64,000 nucleotides of DNA from positions 12,133-76,132 of the forward strand of contig JAGWXF010000010.1 in NCBI GenBank assembly GCA_018970025.1, written 5' to 3'. The notes under the pieces are model-generated. The model worked only from the letters and a program-made list of their open reading frames with translations, did not search any database and was not told the DNA's origin. Of the stretch, positions 49,002 through 58,064 are shown in pieces (the stretch's first letter is position 1; each line of letters starts with the position of its first letter). Position numbers and translations under genes: made by a program. Source of the stretch: Actinomycetales bacterium. GTDB taxonomy: Bacteria > Actinomycetota > Actinomycetes > S36-B12.

Positions 49002-52000
49002 CTAGGCGGTTGCGGCCTCGCGCAGTCGCTGACCGATCACCTGGGTGACCCCATCGCCGCGCATCGACACGCCGTAGAGCGCGTCGGCGATCTCCATCGT
49101 GCGCTTCTGATGGGTGATGACGATCAGCTGGGACGAGTCGCGCAGCTCCTCGATGATGTCGATGAGGCGGCCGAGGTTGACGTCGTCCAACGCGGCCTCG
49201 ACCTCGTCCAGCACGTAGAAGGGACTCGGGCGCGCCTTGAACAGTGCGACCAGGAACGCCACTGCCGTCAGCGAGCGCTCACCGCCCGACAGCAGCGACA
49301 GCCGCTTGACCTTCTTGCCGGGCGGCCGGGCCTCGACATCGACACCCGTGTTCAGCATGTCGGACGGATCAGTGAGGATCAGCCGGCCCTCGCCACCGGG
49401 GAACAGCCTGGAGAACACGCCCTCGAACTCGCGCTCGACGGCCTGGTAGGCCTCGGTGAAGACCTGCTCGACCCGCGCATCGACCTCCTTGACGATCGAC
49501 AGGAGGTCCTCGCGGGTCTTGCGCAGGTCATCGAGCTGCTCGCTGAGGAAGCGGTGCCGCTCCTCCATGGCGCTGAACTCCTCCAGCGCCAGCGGGTTCA
49601 CCTTGCCCAGCAGGGCCAGGCCCTTCTCCGCCGCCTTGAGCCGCTTGACCTGCTCCTGCCGCACGAACGGATAGGGCTGGGGCTCCGGCGCATCGGCCGG
49701 GACCTCGTCGCCCGGGGCAGGCGGGCTCGGGGGAACGAGCTGATCCGGGCCGTACTCGGCGATCAGCACCTCGGCGTCGATGCCGAACTCCTCCAGCGCC
49801 CGGTCCTGCACCTGCTCGATGCGCATTCGCTGCTCGGCTCGGGCAACCTCGTCGCGATGGACGCTGTCCTTGAGCAGGTCCAGCTCCCCGGTGAGCTCGC
49901 GGATCCTGGCGCGGCATGCCACCAGGCCCGCATCGCGCTCCTTCTTGACCCGCTCGGCCTCCGCTCGCTCGATGCTCGCCCTGGCGACCGACACCTCGAT
50001 CCGGCCCAGGCTCACCCGTGCGGCCTTGAGCACGGCCTCGGCGACCACCAGGTCGCGGGCCCTGCGCTCCCGTCGCTCGACGGCCGCTACCCGGGCCTGC
50101 CGCTCGACCTGGGCTGCGCGCTCGAGCTGCTCAGCCCGCGCACCGGTGGCCGACACCCGCTCCTCGCCGGTGCGCAGGGCCAGCCGGGCATCGACCTCTC
50201 GCTTGCGGGCAGCGCTCGCCTGCTCGGCGAGCGCAGGCCGGGTATCGGTGCCGACCTCGGCCGTTGGCTCCTCCTGGGCGCTGCGCAGTCGCTGCTGCAG
50301 CTCGGCGACAGACGACTGGTCGGCAGCCAGGGCCTCCTGGGCGGACTGCAGCGCCAGCGACATCCGCTCGGCCTCGGCCATCGCCGATCGCGCGGCCTGG
50401 CCCAGCTGGCCGAGCTGCTCGGCAACGGCCGCCATCCGCGCATCGGAGTCGTGCAGCCTGGCCAGTGCCGCCTCGACCCGCTCGGCCGCCGCCTGCTGCA
50501 CCTGCCGCGCAGCTGCCAGCTCGAAGCGGAGTCGCTCGACCGAATGGGCCGACTGCTCCAGTGCCTGGGCAGTCTCGTCATATGCCGCCTGGACCTCCAG
50601 CAGGCTCGGCGCGCTGGACGACCCGCCGTGGACGATGCCTCGTGCGAACACGTCGCCGGCCCGGGTGACGAACACCAGGTCCGGCCGCTGCGACTGCCCC
50701 GACGCTGCGGCTGCGACATCGTCGACAAGCACGTGGCCGGCGAGGACCGCATCGATGACCGAGGCGACCTGCGGGTCGCATCGGACCACATCGCGCATCC
50801 ACTGGCCAGCGGGTGCCGGATCAGCGACAGGCACTGCTGGTGCTGTCGGCACTGCCGGCACTGCCGCCCCGGCAACCAACAGCGCCGCCCGGCCGGCATC
50901 CTGCTCCTTCAGCAGGACCAGGGACGACACCGCGGCGTCCACCCCGCGGACGACGACGGCATCGGCGATATCGCCCAGGGCCGCCGCAACCGCAGCCTGG
51001 GCCCCGTGCTCCACGCTGATCAGCCCGGCCAGCGGCCCGAGGACGCCGGGGACCAGATCGGCCGCCGCGACCAGCACGGCGGCAGCATCCTTGCGCGACA
51101 GGCCCATCTGCAGGGCATCGAGGCGCGCGCTCAGGGCAGCCCGCTCGCGCTCGGCGACGGACTCCTGCGTCCGCAGGCGCTCGACCTCGGCGTCGGCCTG
51201 CTCGAGCCCGGCCAGGGCGGCCTCATGCTCGGCGTCCAGGCCGACCTCGCCCTCGTCCAGGCCCGCCACCTGCACCTCGATGGCCTGGAACTGGGCCTGC
51301 GCCTGCTCACCGCGGGCCATCGCCTCCGCCTGGGCCGTTCGCAGCCGATCGATCTCGGCCGTGCGGGTGTCGATCCGGGACTGGGCCGCCTGGACCTTGC
51401 CCGTCAGCCGGACCAGGCCCTCGCGGCGGTCGGCAGCGGCCCGCTCGGCCTCCGCCACCCGGCGCTCCTCGGCGGCAAGGGCCTGCTCGGCGGCGTGGCG
51501 CGCTGACTCCGCCGCCGCCAGCGCATCGCGGGCGCCTTCAACCTCGCGCCCGAGCTCGAACTCCTGCTCCCGCAGGGCCCGAGCCTCGGCATCGAGGTGC
51601 TCCGGGTCCCGGCCAGTGGACTCCTCGACGGGCTCCGGCTGCAGGTTCCTCGTCCGCTCGGCAGCCAGCTGCACCAGGCCGTTGAAGCGCTCGCGCAGGC
51701 CGCTGAGCGCGAACCAGGTCTCCTGCGCGACGGCGAGCCGCGGCGTATCCAGCTCGCCGGTCGACTCGGCCTCGGCCTCCTGCTGACGAAGCTCCTGCAG
51801 CTCGGCATCGACCTGTGCCTGTCGCTCGCGCAGGGCCGTCTCGTCAGCGACCTCCGCAGCCAGGGCCCCGCGCATCTGGACGAGGTCATCGGCGAGCAGC
51901 CGCAGCCGGGCATCGCGGACATCCGACTGGATGACCACGGCCCGCCGAGCGACCTCCGCCTGCCGGCCCAGTGGCTTGAGCTGGCGTCGCAGCTCGGCGG

Positions 52001-52583
52001 TGAGGTCCTGCAGCCGGGTCAGGTTGGCCTGCATCGCGTCCAGCTTGCGCAGCGCCTTCTCCTTGCGCTTGCGGTGCTTGAGGACTCCGGCCGCCTCCTC
52101 GATGAATCCGCGCCGGTCCTCGGGGGTCGCCTGCAGGATGGTGTCCAGCTGGCCCTGGCCCACGATGACATGCATCTCGCGGCCGATACCGGAGTCGCTC
52201 AGCAGCTCCTGGACGTCCAGCAGCCGGCACGCCGCGCCATTGATCGCGTACTCCGAGCCGCCATTGCGGAACAGCGTTCGCGAGATCGTCACCTCGGTGT
52301 AGTCGATCGGCAGGGCGCCATCGCTGTTGTCGATGGTCAAGGACACCTCGGCCCGGCCCAGGGGCGCACGGCCGGACGTCCCGGAGAAGATGACGTCCTC
52401 CATCTTGCCGCCGCGCAGGCTCTTGGCCCCCTGCTCCCCCATCACCCAGGCAAGCGCGTCGACGACATTGGACTTGCCCGACCCGTTCGGCCCCACCACG
52501 CAGGTCACGCCTGGCTCGAAGTGCAAGGTGGTGGCGGAGGCGAAGGACTTAAAGCCCCTCAGCGTCAGCGTCTTCAGGTGCAC
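49002..52583 (-). CDS. smc: chromosome segregation protein SMC
   Basis: 1193 aa. Walker A GPNGSGKSN, long coiled coils, hinge, signature LSGGE and Walker B FYVLDEVEAALD. Confidence 0.95.
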   Translation of the reverse strand: MHLKTLTLRGFKSFASATTLHFEPGVTCVVGPNGSGKSNVVDALAWVMGEQGAKSLRGGKMEDVIFSGTSGRAPLGRAEVSLTIDNSDGALPIDYTEVTISRTLFRNGGSEYAINGAACRLLDVQELLSDSGIGREMHVIVGQGQLDTILQATPEDRRGFIEEAAGVLKHRKRKEKALRKLDAMQANLTRLQDLTAELRRQLKPLGRQAEVARRAVVIQSDVRDARLRLLADDLVQMRGALAAEVADETALRERQAQVDAELQELRQQEAEAESTGELDTPRLAVAQETWFALSGLRERFNGLVQLAAERTRNLQPEPVEESTGRDPEHLDAEARALREQEFELGREVEGARDALAAAESARHAAEQALAAEERRVAEAERAAADRREGLVRLTGKVQAAQSRIDTRTAEIDRLRTAQAEAMARGEQAQAQFQAIEVQVAGLDEGEVGLDAEHEAALAGLEQADAEVERLRTQESVAERERAALSARLDALQMGLSRKDAAAVLVAAADLVPGVLGPLAGLISVEHGAQAAVAAALGDIADAVVVRGVDAAVSSLVLLKEQDAGRAALLVAGAAVPAVPTAPAVPVADPAPAGQWMRDVVRCDPQVASVIDAVLAGHVLVDDVAAAASGQSQRPDLVFVTRAGDVFARGIVHGGSSSAPSLLEVQAAYDETAQALEQSAHSVERLRFELAAARQVQQAAAERVEAALARLHDSDARMAAVAEQLGQLGQAARSAMAEAERMSLALQSAQEALAADQSSVAELQQRLRSAQEEPTAEVGTDTRPALAEQASAARKREVDARLALRTGEERVSATGARAEQLERAAQVERQARVAAVERRERRARDLVVAEAVLKAARVSLGRIEVSVARASIERAEAERVKKERDAGLVACRARIRELTGELDLLKDSVHRDEVARAEQRMRIEQVQDRALEEFGIDAEVLIAEYGPDQLVPPSPPAPGDEVPADAPEPQPYPFVRQEQVKRLKAAEKGLALLGKVNPLALEEFSAMEERHRFLSEQLDDLRKTREDLLSIVKEVDARVEQVFTEAYQAVEREFEGVFSRLFPGGEGRLILTDPSDMLNTGVDVEARPPGKKVKRLSLLSGGERSLTAVAFLVALFKARPSPFYVLDEVEAALDDVNLGRLIDIIEELRDSSQLIVITHQKRTMEIADALYGVSMRGDGVTQVIGQRLREAATA

Positions 52584-52626
52584 GGTGCTCCGGATGGACA
52601 GTCGGTTCGCAGCGGCACAGATCCCG

Positions 52627-53607
52627 TCACCGAGTCCCGCCGCTGCTGCGGTGGGGGGTAACCCTACCCTCGGCCGGCGGGCCGGCAGTCGCTGATGTGC
52701 TCCGACTCGGGGGGCGCTGGCAGCGCCCGCACGAGAAGGACGACCGGTTCATGAACCGCTCCCGCCTGATCGGCGTCCCGCAGCGCTGGCAGGGCCGGCC
52801 CTCCTGGCCGTATGCCCGAAGGGATCGGTCGAAGTACCCCGACTGCCCATTCACGTTGACGTAGAGCGCGTCGAAGCTGGTCCCCCCCTGCTCCAGGGCC
52901 TGCTCCATCACCTCGCGCACGTGCCCGAGCAGGCCCCGCAGCACTGCGGGCCGCAGCGCGCTGGCCAGCCGGCTGCCATGCAGCCGGGCACGCCACAGTG
53001 CCTCGTCGGCGTAGATGTTGCCGATCCCCGACAGCAGCGACTGGTCCAGCAGGGCCCGCTTGATCTCGGTACGCCTGGCCCGGAAGCGGGCGATCACCGC
53101 ATCGAGGTCCAGGCTCGGATCCATCGGGTCGGGCGCGATGTGCGCGATGACCTCAGGGATCCGGCCGCCGCGGCCGTCATCGACCAGCGGCGCGGTCATG
53201 AGCCCGCCGAAGGTCCGCTGATCGACGAAGCGAAGCTCACCGGCCGAGCTGGCATCCGTGTCGCCATGGTCCGCTGACTCCGGCCGGGCATCCGCCAGGG
53301 TGAACCGCACACGCAGGTGGGGCTCGTCCGCGGCTCCTACCGGCTGGATGAGCAACTGGCCGCTCATCCCGAGGTGGGCGACGAGCGCCTGGGCTGCCGG
53401 CTGCGTGCCATCCGAGAGCGGCAGCCACAGGTACTTGCCCCGCCGGCTGGCGCACGCCACGGTGCGACCGCTGACACTGGCATGCAGGTCATCGGCCTGG
53501 CGGCGCACGGCCCGTCGGTGCAGGACCTCGGCCCCCAGGATGGTGCGTCCCGCCACCCACGCCTGCAGGCCCCGGCGGACGACCTCAACCTCTGGCAGCT
53601 CCGGCAC
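52627..53607 (-). CDS. mutM: formamidopyrimidine-DNA glycosylase
   Basis: [15 protein letters not shown]-terminus, H2TH region and C-terminal zinc finger CQRCGTPI...CGRCQ, with a ~30-aa extra tail. Confidence 0.9.
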   Translation of the reverse strand: MPELPEVEVVRRGLQAWVAGRTILGAEVLHRRAVRRQADDLHASVSGRTVACASRRGKYLWLPLSDGTQPAAQALVAHLGMSGQLLIQPVGAADEPHLRVRFTLADARPESADHGDTDASSAGELRFVDQRTFGGLMTAPLVDDGRGGRIPEVIAHIAPDPMDPSLDLDAVIARFRARRTEIKRALLDQSLLSGIGNIYADEALWRARLHGSRLASALRPAVLRGLLGHVREVMEQALEQGGTSFDALYVNVNGQSGYFDRSLRAYGQEGRPCQRCGTPIRRERFMNRSSFSCGRCQRPPSRSTSATAGPPAEGRVTPHRSSGGTR

Positions 53608-53615
53608 CTCGCACC

Positions 53616-54431
53616 TCAGTGATCCGGGCCCGCGACCGTGTCGCCCAGTGGTGCCGTGCCGCTGCTCGCCTGGTCATGGGGATCGGCTGTGCGCTCACCC
53701 GATGACCCGACCAGGCCTGATGACCCGACCAGGCCTACCAGCACCTGCTCCAGTGCGGAGTACGCCTCCTGGGCCGCCTGCTGCTCGGCGACCTTCTTCG
53801 ACGGACCCCACCCCTGGCCCAGGACGCGGCCGCCCACCCGCGCGAGCGCGTGGAACTCCTTCTGGTGATCCGGGCCGGAGTCCTCGACGAGGTACTCGGG
53901 AACCCCGAGATCGGCACCCGCGGCCGCTTCCTGCAGCGAGGTCTTCCAGTCCAGCCCAGCACCGAGCTGGGCCGAGCGCTGGATGAGCGGATCGAAGCAC
54001 CGATGGATGAACGCCGACACCCGGGCCAGGTCCGTCGACAGATGGGCCGCCCCGATGATCGCCTCCATCGCGTCGGCGAGGATCGAGGCCTTGTCGCGCC
54101 CGCCGGTTCCCTCCTCGCCGCGGCCCAGCAGCAGGTACTCCCCGATCCCCAGGGCGCGCGCGAGGTCTGCCAGCGCACGGGCATTGACCACCGCGGCCCG
54201 GAGCTTGGCCAGCTGGCCCTCGGGCAGGTCGGGGTAGGTCCGATAGAGCGTGTCGGTCACGACGATCCCCAGGACGGCATCGCCGAGGAACTCCAGCCGC
54301 TCGTTGTGCGGGATGGCGCCGTGCTCGTAGGCGTAGGAGCGATGGGTCAGCGCCTGGTCGAGCAGTGCGATGTCGACGTCCAGCCCGAGCTCGGCTCGCA
54401 GCCGCTCCAGGTCCGATCCTCGGTCGGTCAT
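53616..54431 (-). CDS. rnc: ribonuclease III
   Basis: Trimmed to ATG 54431 (ATGA overlap with the plsX stop). Signature [12 protein letters not shown], a dsRBD, and a C-terminal extension. Confidence 0.9.
   Translation of the reverse strand: MTDRGSDLERLRAELGLDVDIALLDQALTHRSYAYEHGAIPHNERLEFLGDAVLGIVVTDTLYRTYPDLPEGQLAKLRAAVVNARALADLARALGIGEYLLLGRGEEGTGGRDKASILADAMEAIIGAAHLSTDLARVSAFIHRCFDPLIQRSAQLGAGLDWKTSLQEAAAGADLGVPEYLVEDSGPDHQKEFHALARVGGRVLGQGWGPSKKVAEQQAAQEAYSALEQVLVGLVGSSGLVGSSGERTADPHDQASSGTAPLGDTVAGPDH
53701..53736. repeat. perfect 18-bp tandem duplication in the rnc 3' extension
   Basis: gatgacccgaccaggcct occurs twice (53701-53718 and 53719-53736), encoding [12 protein letters not shown]. 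Confidence 0.95.
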
Positions 54432-55447
54432 GCCGGCTCCAGCGGCGCCAGGGCCGCTCGCACCTGCGCGAGCACCCCGCCGGCCGCGCACCGTGCGGCC
54501 AGGCGCACGCACGCCGCGACCTGGGCAGCGCTCCCGCCGCCGTGCCCCACCACGGTCGTGGCGTTCACCCCGAGCAGCACGCCGCCGGCGAACTCACCCG
54601 TGGCCACCTCGCGCAGGACCCGGCGGGCCGGGCCGGGCTCGCCGTACGCACGGCCGATCCGCTCGACCGCCCATTCGACCGCCCCCTCGATCCCCTTGAG
54701 CAGGACATTCCCGGTGAACCCATCGGTCACGACCACCTGCGCCCGGGATCCGGCCACGACGTCATGCCCCTCGACCGGCCCGGCGAACGGGATGCCGTGA
54801 GCCGTGAGCCGCTCGCGCAGCGCATGCTCGGCCTCTCGCCGCAGCTCGTCTCCCTTGCCCGACTCACTGCCGATGGTCAGCAGCCCCACGCTCGGCTCGG
54901 CAACCCCGAGGGATCGCGCGTAGCACCAGCCGGCCACGGCGAACTGGACCAGGGCCTGCGGGGACGGATCGATGCTGGCCCCGGCGTCCAGCAGCACCAC
55001 CGGCTGCTCCAGTGCCGGCAGCACCACCGCCAGCGCCGGGCGCTGCATGCCCGCGACTCGGCCGGAGGTCAGGACGGCAGCCGCGACTGCCGCACCCGTA
55101 TGGCCCGCCGACACCCAGGCATCCGCCAGGCCGTCACGCACGGCACGTGCCGCGACCGTGACCGTGAGCTCAGCCTGCTCCCGCTGAGTGTCCTCGCGGA
55201 CGGCATCGAGGGGATGGCCGTCCATCGGGACTCCGCATCGGGCAGGCAGGATCGTCACCCGGCCCGGGTCAAGGCCCCGTTCCCGCAGGATCTGCGATCC
55301 CAGGTCAACCGGGCCGACCAGCAGCAGGTGCACCGGCAAGGCATCCCGCAGCATCAGGCCGACGGCATCGCCGACCACGTCAGGGGCACCATCCCCGCCG
55401 AGCAGGTCCAGCGCGACCCTGGTCAGTTGCCCGCTCGCAGCAGGCAC
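54428..55447 (-). CDS. plsX: phosphate acyltransferase PlsX
   Basis: ORF 54428..55537 trimmed to GTG 55447, 4 nt downstream of the rpmF stop. Conserved [11 protein letters not shown]-terminus and VLLKG / GGVLLG motifs. Confidence 0.85.
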   Translation of the reverse strand: MPAASGQLTRVALDLLGGDGAPDVVGDAVGLMLRDALPVHLLLVGPVDLGSQILRERGLDPGRVTILPARCGVPMDGHPLDAVREDTQREQAELTVTVAARAVRDGLADAWVSAGHTGAAVAAAVLTSGRVAGMQRPALAVVLPALEQPVVLLDAGASIDPSPQALVQFAVAGWCYARSLGVAEPSVGLLTIGSESGKGDELRREAEHALRERLTAHGIPFAGPVEGHDVVAGSRAQVVVTDGFTGNVLLKGIEGAVEWAVERIGRAYGEPGPARRVLREVATGEFAGGVLLGVNATTVVGHGGGSAAQVAACVRLAARCAAGGVLAQVRAALAPLEPA

Positions 55448-55451
55448 GGCA

Positions 55452-55625
55452 CTAGACGTCGAGGACGCGCCGCTTGGCGTACGTGCCGCAGGTGGGGCAC
55501 GCGGTGTGCGCCAGTCGCTTCTCCTTGCAGCGGGCACAGGTCACCAGGTTCGGGGCACTGGCCTTCCACTGCGAGCGACGGCTGCGGGTATTCGATCGCG
55601 AGGTCTTGCGCTTGGGGACTGGCAC
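55452..55625 (-). CDS. rpmF: 50S ribosomal protein L32
   Basis: Absent from the ORF track (57 aa, GTG start). Translation is [57 protein letters not shown], with an AAGGAAGG Shine-Dalgarno upstream. Confidence 0.9.
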   Translation of the reverse strand: MPVPKRKTSRSNTRSRRSQWKASAPNLVTCARCKEKRLAHTACPTCGTYAKRRVLDV

Positions 55626-55670
55626 GGGAAATCGCCTTCCTTGACGTGGCCGGCCCGGGCGGGCCGCGGC

Positions 55671-56288
55671 CTACTGCTGGTCGGGATCCAGCAGGCCGGC
55701 GAGTGCCGACCACCGTGGATCAGTTGTCTGGTGCCCATGACCGGGATCGTCATCGAGCCGTGCCCCGCATTGGGGGCACAGTCCGGCGCAGTCCTCCCGA
55801 CACACGGGCGCCATGGGCAAGGAGAGCACGATGGCGTCGCGGAGCAACGGCTCGAGGTCGATGCAGTCATCGACGACCATCGGCTCGTCGTCCCCAGCGG
55901 GCTCCTCGACAACCGCGCCGCGGGCATCCGTGGCGGGGTAGACGAACAACTCGCTGAAGTCGACGTCCTGCACCCACTGCAGCGGATCCAGGCATCGAGC
56001 GCACTCGGCCTCGACCCCCATGCTGGCTACCCCGGTGACGAGCACGCCCTCGAGGACGGACTCCAGTCGAGCATCGAGCTCGATCGGCGACCCCTCCGGC
56101 ACGCGCGCCACCGCGATCCCCATGAAGCCCGGTGCCGGAACCGTCCGGCGCACGGTGACCATCGACCCCGGTCGACGTGGCAGGTGAAGCGCTCGGGTAT
56201 CGAGCACGAGCGGACCACGGGGGTCGAGGCCGGTCACTGTTCCCCTTACGGATACGGCAACACAGGCCTCATGGGAGGCTGCGCGCAC
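55671..56288 (-). CDS. YceD/DUF177 family protein
   Basis: C-terminal CREDCAGLCPQCGARLDDDPGH motif and conserved position immediately upstream of rpmF. The start is uncertain. Confidence 0.8.
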   Translation of the reverse strand: MRAASHEACVAVSVRGTVTGLDPRGPLVLDTRALHLPRRPGSMVTVRRTVPAPGFMGIAVARVPEGSPIELDARLESVLEGVLVTGVASMGVEAECARCLDPLQWVQDVDFSELFVYPATDARGAVVEEPAGDDEPMVVDDCIDLEPLLRDAIVLSLPMAPVCREDCAGLCPQCGARLDDDPGHGHQTTDPRWSALAGLLDPDQQ

Positions 56289-56305
56289 AGGATACCCCCA
56301 GGCGG

Positions 56306-56923
56306 CTATCGGCGTCCCCGCCGGCGGTCCGGGGCTGGCTCCTGCCAGTCCTCCCGCCGGGCCGCGACCCGTCGTGGCTCCTCCCGGATCACGTCGAAGG
56401 CGCCGGTGTCATCGGCCCGCTCGTCGAGGAAGATCTCCTCGGTCAGCGGCTCATCCGCATGCGGGGCCAGCTCGTCGTACATCTGGCTGCGCAGGCGCTC
56501 CCGGCCACGGTCGACCGATCGCAGGGTCTTCTGCAGCACGATCTCGAATGAGGCCAGCTTGGCATCGACGTAGTCGTCGGTCTCCTGCCGCATCTGGCTG
56601 GTCTCCTGCAGCGCCTCCGCGCGCAGCGCCTGGGCTTCGGCCACGGCCGCCTGGTACACCTCGTGCTCGGAGAGCATTCGCTGTGCCTCCGCACGGGCCC
56701 GGGCGATCAGCCGCTCGGCCTCCCGGCGGCCGTCGATGACGAAGGCGTCGCGGTCGGCGAGCACCTGGTCAGCCCGCTGGACGGACTCCGGCAGCAGGTG
56801 GCGGATCTCGTCGATGAGGTCGAGGACCTGGGTGCGATTCACGATGCAGGAGGCCGACAGCGGCATCGCCTTGGCATCCTCGATGAGGATGGCGAGCTCG
56901 TCGAGTCGCTCCTGCAGGTCCAT
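56306..56923 (-). CDS. coiled-coil protein (DivIVA-like / SepIVA-like by position)
   Basis: Trimmed to ATG 56923 (AGGAG upstream). The sequence is helical and heptad-rich (MDLQERLDELAILIEDAKAM...). Its position between coaD and yceD matches the actinobacterial DivIVA-like gene. The functional call is an inference. Confidence 0.6.
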   Translation of the reverse strand: MDLQERLDELAILIEDAKAMPLSASCIVNRTQVLDLIDEIRHLLPESVQRADQVLADRDAFVIDGRREAERLIARARAEAQRMLSEHEVYQAAVAEAQALRAEALQETSQMRQETDDYVDAKLASFEIVLQKTLRSVDRGRERLRSQMYDELAPHADEPLTEEIFLDERADDTGAFDVIREEPRRVAARREDWQEPAPDRRRGRR

Positions 56924-56939
56924 CGATCGCTCCTGATGC

Positions 56940-57434
56940 TCAGCCGGTCGCATCCGAGGGACGGGCCAGCTTCGACCGCATTCGCTCCAGGACGCTCGCC
57001 GGGACCAGGCCCTCGACATTGCCGCCGAAGCTCGCGACTTCCTTGACCAGGCTCGAGGACAGGTAGCTGTACAGCGGATTGGTGGAGACGAAGACCGTCT
57101 CGATCCCCGACAGGCGGTAGTTCATCTGCGCCATCTGCAGCTCGTAGTCGAAGTCGCTGACCGCGCGCAGCCCCTTGACGATGGCCTTGATGCCGTGGTC
57201 GCGGCAGTAGTCGACCAGCAGCCCGTGGAAGGCGTCGACGACGAGGTTCGGATACGGAGCCAGGACCTCGCGCAGCAGCTCCATCCGCTCGTCGACCGTG
57301 AACAGGCCGGCCTTCTTGTGGTTGATCAGAACCGCCACGACGACCTCGTCGGCAAGGTCAGCGGCCCGGGTGAACACATCCAGGTGGCCGTTGGTCACCG
57401 GGTCGAAGGATCCGGGGCACACTGCTTTGCGCAC
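56940..57434 (-). CDS. coaD: pantetheine-phosphate adenylyltransferase
   Basis: Trimmed to GTG 57434 (VRKAVCPGSFDPVTNGHLDV), the canonical CoaD N-terminus. Confidence 0.9.
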   Translation of the reverse strand: MRKAVCPGSFDPVTNGHLDVFTRAADLADEVVVAVLINHKKAGLFTVDERMELLREVLAPYPNLVVDAFHGLLVDYCRDHGIKAIVKGLRAVSDFDYELQMAQMNYRLSGIETVFVSTNPLYSYLSSSLVKEVASFGGNVEGLVPASVLERMRSKLARPSDATG

Positions 57435-57494
57435 GTCTTGCCCTCCGCGGGTGCCGATCCCAGCCGGGATCAAGGTCGGGACGTCTCGGGACAC

Positions 57495-58064
57495 TTACCG
57501 CCATCGACCGTACCAAACAGCGGTGTCCCCATACCTGCGATGCGCATGGACCGGCCAGCCGGCCGGCAGCGGGCAGGCATCAGCCGCCGATCGCTCCACC
57601 ACTGCCAGGCCGTCCGGGTCCAGCCAGCCGCTGGCGGCCAGGCGGATCAGGATCTCCGCGACCGCGGACCCGGCCACGTCGTAGGGCGGGTCGACGAAGC
57701 AGAGCTCGAAGGCCGGATAGGGATTGGGCCGGATGGCGAGCTCGGCCACGGGCACCGCAAGCACCGTCGCATTGCCGAGCCCGCAGGCGCGGGCGTTGCG
57801 CCGGATGACCCCGGCTGCCTGCGCATGCCGCTCGACCAGGACGGCCATCCGGGCGCCCCGGCTGGCAGCCTCGAGCCCGAGCGCCCCGGAGCCGGCATAC
57901 AGGTCCAGCACACCGACCGATGGCCAGTCACGGCCACTGGCCGCCAGCCAGGAGCCGATCGAGGAGAACATCGCCTCCCGGACGCGGTCCGAGGTCGGGC
58001 GCGTCCCCCGGGTCGGCACCTCGATGCGCCGGCCGCCCGCCGTGCCGGCGATGATCCGGGTCAC
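57495..58064 (-). CDS. rsmD: 16S rRNA (guanine966-N2)-methyltransferase RsmD
   Basis: RIIAGTAGGRRIEVP, LDLYAGSGALGLEAASRG and VDPPY motifs. GTGA overlap with the recG stop. Confidence 0.9.
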   Translation of the reverse strand: MTRIIAGTAGGRRIEVPTRGTRPTSDRVREAMFSSIGSWLAASGRDWPSVGVLDLYAGSGALGLEAASRGARMAVLVERHAQAAGVIRRNARACGLGNATVLAVPVAELAIRPNPYPAFELCFVDPPYDVAGSAVAEILIRLAASGWLDPDGLAVVERSAADACPLPAGWPVHAHRRYGDTAVWYGRWR

